Below, in pieces: positions 22,714-30,374 of a stretch of DNA of 30,374 nucleotides; within the stretch, counting starts at the first letter, position 1, and every line of letters begins with the position of its first letter. The DNA comes from a virus. Its lineage: Duplodnaviria; Caudoviricetes. The stretch lies in IMG/VR virus record IMGVR_UViG_3300033232_000072, positions 1-30,374 of that record, one strand, 5' to 3'. The notes under the pieces were generated by a model. That model had not been told where the DNA came from and did no database searches. It worked only from the letters and a program-made list of their open reading frames with translations. A program made the position numbers and the translations under genes.

Positions 22714-24532
22714 GTACGCCCTCTGCCCCGCGTGCTCCGCGGAGCGCGTGGTCAGCTCCTTCGTCGACGGCGTGTGCAACTTCTGTCGCGACGCGGGCTC
22801 GCCCATGCCCAAAACTGGCACAGACGAGCCCAAAACAGCCCCCAAGCCTCGGAAGAACGCAAAACGGGCCGTCGTCGCCCCGGCGAAGCCCGACGACCTC
22901 CCTGAGGCCGTGCTGCAGGAGCCATACCAAGCCCCTCAGTTCGACGCCGCGGCGGCTGCGGCGAGCCCCCAGGCAGAACTCGCCGCCCGGGTGCTGGCGC
23001 GTCGGCATTTACTGCCTTTTGTCAAACGGTTTAAGCCGAAATACGACGCCGGCTGGGTCCACGCCGACGTTTGCCGTCGCCTCGAGCGTTTCCTCACCGC
23101 AGTAGAAAACGGCGAGGAACCCCGGCTGCTGCTGATGATGCCGCCCCGGAGCGGAAAAAGTGAACTCGGCTCTCGCCACTTCGTGCCGTGGGCGCTAGGG
23201 CAGCATCCGGACTGGGAAATCATCGCGGCGAGCCACACGACGTCCTTGAGCATGAGTTTCAGCCGCTACATCCGCGACCTGCTGCGCGACCCGGCCTACC
23301 ACGCGGTGTTTCCCGGCGCCATCCTCGACCCGCAGTCCCAGTCCACCGAGAACTGGAACCTGACTGCCGGTGGCGGCTACCTGGCGGCCGGCGTGGGCTC
23401 GGCAATTACGGGTCGCGGCGCGCATATCCTGCTGCTCGACGACTTGGTCAAGGACATCGAGGCAGCGGACAGCCAGCCCCAGCGCGATGCGACGTGGGAG
23501 TGGTACATCTCGACCGCCCACTCGCGCCTGGCGCCGGGCGGCGGCGTGTTGGGTATCATGACCAACTGGTCTGAGGACGACTGGGCAGGGCGGATTCAGC
23601 AGGTGATGAAGAAGTCCGGCGACGATGACGAGATGGGCGGCGAGATTTTCGAGATCGTGCGCTACCCGGCGATCAACGAGCAGGGCGACGAGTACATCCT
23701 GGAGGACGACAGCATCATTGAGATACCCCCAGGCGCGCCCGTGCCGCCCGGGGCTACCATGACCCGCCCGAGAGGCACAGCGCTTCACCCAGCCCGCTAT
23801 ACGACCGCCGCGATGCTCCGGAAGAAGGCGAACTACATCGCCGCCGGCCTGAAGCGGATGTGGGACTCGCTCTACCAGCAGAACCCGACGCCCGACGAGG
23901 GCATCTACTTCGGCAAGGAGATGTTCCGCTACTACGTCCACCAGCCGCAGACGCACGGGCGCTTCGTCTACCAGGCGTGGGACTTCGCCATCACCGAGAG
24001 GGCCCAGAGCGACTGGACCGTCGGCATCACGCTGCTGCAGGACGAGTACGACAACCTCTACGTGCTCGACATGCTGCGCTTTCGCTCGGGCGATGGCAAC
24101 GAGATCATCGAGACGATCCTCGACTACCAGCAGCAGTGGGGCGCCCAGCTGCTCGGCTTCGAGGACGGGCAGATATGGAAGGCGCTGACCAGCCAGTTCA
24201 AGAAGCGCTGCGAGGAGCGGAAAATTTACCCGGCGTACGAGCTGCTGGTACCGCTGACCGACAAGATGGTGCGGGCGAACCCGCTCAAGGGGCGCATGCA
24301 GATGGGCAAAATATACATGCCGAAGAACGCGAGCTGGCTGGCCGCCATGCAGACTGAGCTGCTACGGTTCCCAGCAGGAAAGCACGACGACATCGTCGAC
24401 AGCTTATCGTGGTGTGTACGCCTCACCCTTACGAGGTCAGCCCCAAAACTCCCAGAAGCGAAGAAGCTCACGAGCTGGCGCGACAAGCTCAAGGGGCTTG
24501 GCGGTAGCAAGGGCGGGGCGATGGCTGCGTAG
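22697..24532 (+). CDS. terL: Terminase large subunit
   Basis: Walker A MPPRSGKSE, GSAITGRGA, Walker B LLLDD, LYQQNP, nuclease AWDFA and HDDIVDS; N-terminal CPAC..CNFC extension. Confidence 0.96.
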   Translation: MAVQAKYALCPACSAERVVSSFVDGVCNFCRDAGSPMPKTGTDEPKTAPKPRKNAKRAVVAPAKPDDLPEAVLQEPYQAPQFDAAAAAASPQAELAARVLARRHLLPFVKRFKPKYDAGWVHADVCRRLERFLTAVENGEEPRLLLMMPPRSGKSELGSRHFVPWALGQHPDWEIIAASHTTSLSMSFSRYIRDLLRDPAYHAVFPGAILDPQSQSTENWNLTAGGGYLAAGVGSAITGRGAHILLLDDLVKDIEAADSQPQRDATWEWYISTAHSRLAPGGGVLGIMTNWSEDDWAGRIQQVMKKSGDDDEMGGEIFEIVRYPAINEQGDEYILEDDSIIEIPPGAPVPPGATMTRPRGTALHPARYTTAAMLRKKANYIAAGLKRMWDSLYQQNPTPDEGIYFGKEMFRYYVHQPQTHGRFVYQAWDFAITERAQSDWTVGITLLQDEYDNLYVLDMLRFRSGDGNEIIETILDYQQQWGAQLLGFEDGQIWKALTSQFKKRCEERKIYPAYELLVPLTDKMVRANPLKGRMQMGKIYMPKNASWLAAMQTELLRFPAGKHDDIVDSLSWCVRLTLTRSAPKLPEAKKLTSWRDKLKGLGGSKGGAMAA

Positions 24533-24536
24533 TCGC

Positions 24537-24565
24537 TTGCACTCTCTGATACTCTCTGATAGTCT
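24537..24565 (+). promoter_or_regulatory. Sigma70-like promoter TTGCAC-17-TAGTCT with perfect ACTCTCTGAT tandem
   Basis: Spacer TCTCTGATACTCTCTGA, between terL and the portal. Confidence 0.7.
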
Positions 24566-24590
24566 CCAAAGAAATCTAACGGTACAGCCC

Positions 24591-24857
24591 ATGGCAATCG
24601 ACGCGGCAAGCACATCTACATCGAGCAGAGCCGAGTACATGCGGGAGTACATGCGCCAGTACCGCGCAGCCCATCGCGAGAAGACCAACGCACAGCGGCG
24701 CGAGAGCAACGCGGTAAACCGCACAGCCATCGCGGAGCGCCGACGGGAATACGCCGCGACCAACAAAGAAGAAATCAGCATTCGAAATAAGGCGTACGCG
24801 CTGGAGAATCGGCTAAAGAGCAACAAACTCATTTCGGGGACGTTGCCATGCCGGTGA
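24591..24857 (+). CDS. Basic helical protein, possible homing endonuclease remnant (88 aa)
   Basis: REYMRQYRAAHREK / RREYAATNKEEI repeats like the arms preceding HNH domains; no nuclease motif. Confidence 0.5.
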   Translation: MAIDAASTSTSSRAEYMREYMRQYRAAHREKTNAQRRESNAVNRTAIAERRREYAATNKEEISIRNKAYALENRLKSNKLISGTLPCR

Positions 24858-26995
24858 ACGATTCTTTAGCCACCGAGACCTGGGAGCGCTTTGTCGAGTG
24901 CCGCGACAACGGGCACCTCGAGTTCCTGGAGAAAGCCGAGCGCTGCGACAAGTTCACGATCGGTAAGCAGTGGGACGAACGCGACCTCAACGCCCTGCAG
25001 CTGGCGCGTCGCCCGGCGCTCACCATCAACAAGATTCTCTCCACGCTCTCCACCATCCTCGGCGAGCAGATCGACAACCGCTCCGAGTCCCTGTTCCGGC
25101 CCGCCAGCGGCTCCGCCACTGACGGCGTCGCTGAGGCGCTGACCAAGGTCTGGATGCAGATCGCCGCGAACAACCAGCTGCCGTGGGCGCGCTCCGACCT
25201 GTTCTGTGACGGCCTGATCCGCTCGCGCGGCTTCCTCGACGTCCGCCTCGACTTCACCGACAGCATGATCGGCGAGGTGCGGATTGACAACCTGAACTCA
25301 AAGAACGTCCTGATCGACCCGGATGCCGAGGACTACGATCCCGACAAGTGGAACGACGTCATCATCAGTAAGTGGCTGACGCCGCAGGACATCGAGATTC
25401 TCTACTCCAAGGCGGACGCCGAGATTCTGCGCGACGTCGACGGCAGCGCGTTCGCGTACGGCTACGACAGCATCGAGCGCGTGCGCGACCGCTTCGGCGG
25501 GAGGGAAGCAGAGTTCGCCCGCTTCGGCGAGACCGCCCGGGAGCCCTACGGCGTGCGCAAGAACATCCGCGCCATCGACCGCCAGTACCGGCGCCTTGAT
25601 CGGCAGGAGCACTTCGTCGACGTCCAGACCGGCGACATGCGCGCCATTCCCGGTTCATGGGACCGAAATAAGATTGCCTCCGTGCTCGAAAAGGCCGGCG
25701 GCAGCCTGTCAACCATGAAGAAGCTGGTCAAGCGCGTGCGCTGGACCGTGGTCGCCGACAACGTCGTGCTGCACGACGACTGGAGCCCCTACAAGCACTT
25801 CACCGTGGTGCCGTACTTCCCCTTCTTCCGCTACGGCCAGACCGTCGGCGCAGTGGAGAACCTGCTCGGCCCGCAGGAGCTGCTGAACAAAGTCTCCAGT
25901 CAGGAGCTGCACGTCGTCAACACCACGGCGAACAGCGGCTGGAAGATTCGTGCCGGCGCCCTCAAGAACATGAGCATCGAGGAGTTGGAGCAGCGCGGCG
26001 CACAGTCCGGCCTCGTGCTCGAGCTGGACGACATCACAAACGGCGCCGAGAAGATCACCCCCAACGCCACGCCGCAGGGCCTCGACCGCATCAGCTACAA
26101 GGCCGAGGAGCACATCAAGACGGTGAGCGGCGTCAGTGACTCGATGCAGGGCTTCGACCGCGAGGACGTGGCCGCGAAGGCCATCGCCTACAAGAAGCAG
26201 AGCGGCTCCGCCGGCATGTCGAAGAGCCTCGACAACCTGGCGCGGACGGACTGGATGCTGACCCGCAACGTCCTCGACATCGTGCAGGAGTATTACACCG
26301 AGCAGCGCCTGGTCAATATCACCCACAGCGACGCCACCCACGAGGCGGAGCAGCTCACGGTCAACGAGTACGACCCGGCCACCGGCGAGATCGCCAACGA
26401 CCTCACGCTGGGCGAGTACGACATCATCATCACGTCGACCCCCGCCCGCGCCTCCATGGAGGACAGCCAGTTCGACCAGGCCATGGGCATGCGCGAGGCA
26501 GGCATCCAGATTCCCGACACCTTCATCATCGAGAACAGCCGCCTCAACCGCAAGGCAGAGATCATCAAGCAGATGGAAGGCGACACCGAGTCGCCCGAGG
26601 CTCAGGCGCAGGCGCAGCTGGAGCAGCGCGCCCGCGAGGCCGAGGTGCAGAAGCTCGAAGCAGAGGCAATGGAGAAGCAGGCCAGCGCCAAGCTCAAGAT
26701 GGCTCAGGTCGACAAGACGATCGCCGAGGCGCAGTCCGCCGCCGCCGAGATCGGGCAGGGCGACGGCGCCGACCCGGCCGCCGAGCAGGAAGCCGCCGAA
26801 CGTGAGTACGCCCTCAAGGAAGACGAGCACCTCCACAAGAAAGACCTGCTCGAGCGCGAGTTCGCTCTGAAGCAGGATGAGCACGCATTCAAACAACGCC
26901 TCGCCGAACAGAAGCAGCAGCAGGACATCGCCGCGGCACGCGTCAAGGCGGTCGTAGCAGCCAGCAAGCCCACTCCCTCCACCAACCCCACCTAA
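24848..26995 (+). CDS. Portal protein (P22-like)
   Basis: 715 aa; QW...RPALTINKI, PQELLNK..S, long C-terminal coiled coil; follows terL. Confidence 0.93.
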   Translation: MPVNDSLATETWERFVECRDNGHLEFLEKAERCDKFTIGKQWDERDLNALQLARRPALTINKILSTLSTILGEQIDNRSESLFRPASGSATDGVAEALTKVWMQIAANNQLPWARSDLFCDGLIRSRGFLDVRLDFTDSMIGEVRIDNLNSKNVLIDPDAEDYDPDKWNDVIISKWLTPQDIEILYSKADAEILRDVDGSAFAYGYDSIERVRDRFGGREAEFARFGETAREPYGVRKNIRAIDRQYRRLDRQEHFVDVQTGDMRAIPGSWDRNKIASVLEKAGGSLSTMKKLVKRVRWTVVADNVVLHDDWSPYKHFTVVPYFPFFRYGQTVGAVENLLGPQELLNKVSSQELHVVNTTANSGWKIRAGALKNMSIEELEQRGAQSGLVLELDDITNGAEKITPNATPQGLDRISYKAEEHIKTVSGVSDSMQGFDREDVAAKAIAYKKQSGSAGMSKSLDNLARTDWMLTRNVLDIVQEYYTEQRLVNITHSDATHEAEQLTVNEYDPATGEIANDLTLGEYDIIITSTPARASMEDSQFDQAMGMREAGIQIPDTFIIENSRLNRKAEIIKQMEGDTESPEAQAQAQLEQRAREAEVQKLEAEAMEKQASAKLKMAQVDKTIAEAQSAAAEIGQGDGADPAAEQEAAEREYALKEDEHLHKKDLLEREFALKQDEHAFKQRLAEQKQQQDIAAARVKAVVAASKPTPSTNPT

Positions 26996-27007
26996 GAGAG
27001 AAGCGCG

Positions 27008-27970
27008 ATGAACCTAAACAAATTCCTGTACCGCCGCCTGATGGCTGCCGCCGACGACAACGGCTCCGCCGGCACCGACCGCGGCGACGACTTCACGCCC
27101 CCGGCAGACCCCGTCGACCCGCCTGCTGACGAGATCATCGACCCGCCCACAGACCCGGTCGACCCGCCTGCCGACGAAGCCCCGCGCGCACCCGACGGCA
27201 AGTTCGCCAAGAAGGACAAAGACGACGGCAAGGTAATTCCGAAGGCCCGTTTCGACGCTCAGATCGCCAAGGAGCGCGAGCGCGCCGAAGCCGCTGAGCG
27301 TCGCGCGGAAGAGCTCGAGAAGCAGGCCGCCCAGGTCACCCGCAGCCTCGACGTCGACAAGGCGGTGGCGGACGTCGCCCTGCTGCGCAAGGACGAGCGC
27401 AAGGCCCTGCTCGACGGCGACGAAGACAAGGCCGCCCAGCTCTCCGCACAGGCCGACCGCCTCAACCGCCAGATTGCCATCGCAGAGTCCGGCGAGCTGA
27501 CCGGGCAGGCGAAGGATCAGGCGTTGGAAGACATTCGTTTCGAGATGACGCTGGAGCGGCTGGAGGACAAGTACCCCACGCTCGTCGCCACCCACGAAGA
27601 CTACGACCAGGACCTGGTCGACGACATCCTCGATAAGCAGCGCGGCCTGATTGAGCGCCAGCGTCTGTCGCCGTCGAAGGCGCTGGCGAAGGCCACCGAG
27701 ACCGTGATGAAGCGCCAGGCGCCCGCGCCGGAGACCGAGGAGAAGACCGGTCTGGCTGCTGCGCAGACCGGCGAGCCGCGCAAGGCCGCCGCCGTGGCGA
27801 AAAACCTCGACGCCGCCGCGCGCCAGCCGGGCAGCTTGAACGAAACCGGGCTGGATAGTGACAAGGCAGGGCAGACGAAGGTCACCCCCGCCGCCAGCGC
27901 GATGACGCTCGAAGAGTTCGAAGCCCTCCCTGAAGCCACCCGCGCGAAGATGCGCGGAGACTTCGTATAA
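27008..27970 (+). CDS. Capsid scaffolding protein
   Basis: Acidic/Pro-rich N-terminus with a duplicated PPxDPVDPPADE, IPKARFD, coiled coil, C-terminal MTLEEFEALPE...RGD. Confidence 0.8.
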   Translation: MNLNKFLYRRLMAAADDNGSAGTDRGDDFTPPADPVDPPADEIIDPPTDPVDPPADEAPRAPDGKFAKKDKDDGKVIPKARFDAQIAKERERAEAAERRAEELEKQAAQVTRSLDVDKAVADVALLRKDERKALLDGDEDKAAQLSAQADRLNRQIAIAESGELTGQAKDQALEDIRFEMTLERLEDKYPTLVATHEDYDQDLVDDILDKQRGLIERQRLSPSKALAKATETVMKRQAPAPETEEKTGLAAAQTGEPRKAAAVAKNLDAAARQPGSLNETGLDSDKAGQTKVTPAASAMTLEEFEALPEATRAKMRGDFV

Positions 27971-27983
27971 CGAGACTCAGCTC

Positions 27984-28586
27984 ATGGCGATCACAATCAA
28001 GAAGGGCAAGACGTTCAGCCGGGTGCTGCGCCCGACCGCGCCGCCCTATATCTACAAACCGATCACCGGGATCACCAAGACCGCACCGGTCAGCATCAAG
28101 GCCGTCGGGCACGAGCTGACAAATGGCCAGTACGTCGCCGTCGTGTCCGCCAAGGGCATGACTGAGATCAACGCCGAAGTCGACCGCTACGGGCACCCGA
28201 AGCTTGGCGAGTACCACAAATGCACAGTGGTCGATGTGGACAACATCACGATCAACGGCATCAACGCGGCGGACTTCGGCGCCTACACCTCTGGCGGCTA
28301 CCTGCAGTTCCTCACGCCGCTGGATATGTCCGGGTCCACGGCGCGCCGCTCGATCAAGGACAGGATCGGCGGCACGGAACTGCTGAGCCTGACCACCGAG
28401 AACGGTGGCCTGACCATCGACAACACGGCGCACACGATCACCGAAACGATCGCGGCGACCGATACGGCGGCACTGGCATGGAAAACCGGCGTGAGTGATA
28501 TGGAGCTTGTGAACACCGCCAGCGGCCACGTCATCGCGATCGACGCGCCAGATAAAGTCACCGTCGAGGACGAGGTGACAACGTGA
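27984..28586 (+). CDS. Virion protein with E1-FCCH-like beta domain
   Basis: ITGITKTAPVSI...GHEL..GQ.V.VV...GMTEIN...YTSGG pattern. Confidence 0.65.
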   Translation: MAITIKKGKTFSRVLRPTAPPYIYKPITGITKTAPVSIKAVGHELTNGQYVAVVSAKGMTEINAEVDRYGHPKLGEYHKCTVVDVDNITINGINAADFGAYTSGGYLQFLTPLDMSGSTARRSIKDRIGGTELLSLTTENGGLTIDNTAHTITETIAATDTAALAWKTGVSDMELVNTASGHVIAIDAPDKVTVEDEVTT

Positions 28587-29092
28587 GCCTTCCCGGCGTA
28601 ATCGAGCAGGTCGTCATCGTCCGCGACGAGCAGGACTCGCAGGTTGTCGCGCGCGAGGTGCCGGACTTGCAGGTTGTGTTCGGTGGAGAGCAAGGCCCGC
28701 AAGGCCCGCAGGGCATCCGCGGAGTTCCAGGCCCGGCGGGCGGATCGGCGCTGCAGTACACGGCAGGCATCGCGCTCGGCGGACACCGCGCAGTCGTTCT
28801 GGATGGCGCCGCGCTGGCGGTCTACGCCGACGCCGGCACCCCGGACCATGCGGTGCGGGTGCTCGGAGTTACGACTGGCGCAGTGGCAGCGGGCGATCTT
28901 GCAACGATCCAGGTCAGCGGCGAGCTTGTTGAGCCGAGTTGGGCGTGGGCCCTCAATCAGCCGATCTACCTCGGCGCTGACGGGCTGTTGGCACAGTCGC
29001 CTCCGCTGGCAGGTTTTAGTCTCATTGTCGGATTCCCGCTCACGGCTACGTCAATGCTCGTCGCCATCGCGCAACCGATCGCCCTCGTTTAA
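28583..29092 (+). CDS. Fibre/decoration-like protein with short collagen-like stretch
   Basis: GEQGPQGPQGIRGVPGPAG; ALGGHRAV; W.W....PIYLG.DG.L.Q.PP. Confidence 0.65.
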   Translation: MSLPGVIEQVVIVRDEQDSQVVAREVPDLQVVFGGEQGPQGPQGIRGVPGPAGGSALQYTAGIALGGHRAVVLDGAALAVYADAGTPDHAVRVLGVTTGAVAAGDLATIQVSGELVEPSWAWALNQPIYLGADGLLAQSPPLAGFSLIVGFPLTATSMLVAIAQPIALV

Positions 29093-29107
29093 TACTGGAG
29101 AAACATT

Positions 29108-29617
29108 ATGGCTGGAAACAAATACCTCAAGAACAACAACGGCACACTGGCAGAGGAGGCGGCGATCCAGGCATCGGCCGGCGCCGGCGACGCCGGCAAG
29201 ATTCCGGCCCTGGACGCCGCCGGCAGGCTCGCGGCGAACATGATGCCGGTCGGCATTGTTCCGGAGACGGCGAGCATCGTGTCGAGCGAGAGCCTGGCGG
29301 CGGGCAATTTCGTCAATATCTACAACGACGCCGGCACGCCGAAGTGCCGCAAGGCCGACGCCACCACCGCTGGCAAGCATGCGCACGGCTTCGTTCTCGC
29401 GGCTGTGACCGCGCCGGCAGTTGCCCTTGTGTTCCTCGAAGGCGCGAACACCGCCGTTACCGGCGCCGCGGCGGGGGATGTGTTCCTGTCGACGACGGCC
29501 GGCCTGTCGACCAGCACCGCGCCGTCAGCAGCGGGCAACGCCGTGCAACGTCTGGGGGTGGCAACGTCCGCCACCAGTATCAACTTTGAGCCGTCCCAGC
29601 CGATCGTGCTGGCGTAA
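29108..29617 (+). CDS. Ala/Gly-rich fibre or capsid-decoration-like protein
   Basis: GDAGKIPALDAAGRL, KADA....AHGFV, QRLGVA.SAT.I.F; RBS GGAG. Confidence 0.65.
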   Translation: MAGNKYLKNNNGTLAEEAAIQASAGAGDAGKIPALDAAGRLAANMMPVGIVPETASIVSSESLAAGNFVNIYNDAGTPKCRKADATTAGKHAHGFVLAAVTAPAVALVFLEGANTAVTGAAAGDVFLSTTAGLSTSTAPSAAGNAVQRLGVATSATSINFEPSQPIVLA

Positions 29618-29620
29618 CTC

Positions 29621-30374
29621 ATGGCAGAAAAGCGCCCGCTGGTGAACTACGCAGGCTCCATACAAGAGCTGACGGTAGGGGATACGCTACCAACCATCAC
29701 CTACACCACCGAAGCAGACCGGCCACTGACCGGTCAGGCCGGGCAAGTCTACTTCTTCAACGGCATCGACAGGCCCGCTTGGTGGTCGCCTACTGCCCTG
29801 GATTACGTGGGCGCGGAAGGTTATCCGGTGATCGGCAACACGGCGAAGCGAGACAACCTGCTGGCATGGCCGATTGCGACCGGCTACAGGTTCTGGAATA
29901 CCGATCTTGGTATGCGGCAATGGTGGAGTGGAATAGAGTGGATGCCTTGGATGGTCTCTCTGTTCGCCAACAATGAGAAGGGCATATGGCTCGACCCCAG
30001 CGATCTCACCTCCCTGTATCAGGACAGCGCAGGCACCACGCCTGTTACAGCTGTCGGGCAGCCTGTAGGCAGGATCGAGGATAAATCCGGTAATGGTTTC
30101 CACGCCACCCAGCCCACTAGCACGGCCCGGCCTATTCTCGATCAATTCTCGTCTGTACTCGGGGAAACCGCTCCGGGATACCGTATTAAAAACGACTATG
30201 TTGATGACGACCTGATCTGGAGCGGCCAGACTGGTGATTACCACATCGCGCTTGCCAATATCAGTGGCGTGCAGTTTTATGCCCATCGCCTGAACAATGG
30301 ACAGCGGATTCCACGATCTGATTTCGCTGGCATGGTTGTGCTGGACAGGGCATTTACCGCAGCCGAGCAATCCG
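29621..30374 (+). CDS. Tail fibre / receptor-binding-like protein with LamG/ConA-like motif, truncated by the window end
   Basis: Translated by hand, open to the end: MAEKRPLVN...GIWLDPSDLTSLYQDSAGTTPVTAVGQPVGRIEDKSGNGFHATQ; absent from the ORF track because it has no stop. Confidence 0.7.
   Translation, partial: MAEKRPLVNYAGSIQELTVGDTLPTITYTTEADRPLTGQAGQVYFFNGIDRPAWWSPTALDYVGAEGYPVIGNTAKRDNLLAWPIATGYRFWNTDLGMRQWWSGIEWMPWMVSLFANNEKGIWLDPSDLTSLYQDSAGTTPVTAVGQPVGRIEDKSGNGFHATQPTSTARPILDQFSSVLGETAPGYRIKNDYVDDDLIWSGQTGDYHIALANISGVQFYAHRLNNGQRIPRSDFAGMVVLDRAFTAAEQS

Noticed and set aside
25709-26896. 395-aa - strand ORF and similar long antisense ORFs (2455-3324, 13520-14449, 23195-23956)
   Set aside because: They lie opposite well-supported portal, polymerase, helicase and terminase genes and show no motifs.
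29687-30370. 227-aa - strand ORF
   Set aside because: The + strand frame from 29621 is open to the window end, continues the operon and has recognisable fibre motifs.
1-30374. tRNA, rRNA, integrase, transposase, reverse transcriptase/DGR or host genes
   Set aside because: None recognised by eye; a covariance-model scan would be needed to exclude small RNAs.

Overview
The window is phage DNA made of two unrelated blocks. Block A (~27-10,740, all on the - strand) is a T7-like (Autographiviridae) DNA-metabolism region: ATP-dependent ligase, SSB, endonuclease I, amidase, primase/helicase, family A DNA polymerase, a gp5.7 homologue, 5'-3' exonuclease and a DUF3310 protein. It carries three copies of a putative phage-RNAP promoter, but no RNA polymerase gene is in the window. 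Block B (~11,340-30,374) is a different tailed phage with a P22-like portal. Its leftward arm has early genes, an AT-rich iteron origin candidate, an 800-aa primase/SF3 helicase, a Cas4-like nuclease and an HNH gene. Its rightward arm has terS, a three-gene insert (Tad2/DUF2829 sponge, probable Acb4-type sponge, unknown ORF), terL, portal, scaffold and fibre-like genes. The ~600-bp joint holds the broken 3' end of a methyltransferase-like gene, a 16-bp direct repeat 500 bp apart and two genes sharing a 19-bp 5' element, so the window is either a chimeric assembly or a natural recombinant. The best leads are the anti-defence cassette inside the terminase operon, a shared TCTGA-N5-TCTGA promoter box in block B, and a TMD plus beta-signal protein that may be a new one-component spanin. 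All family assignments come from motif recognition by eye; no searches were run.
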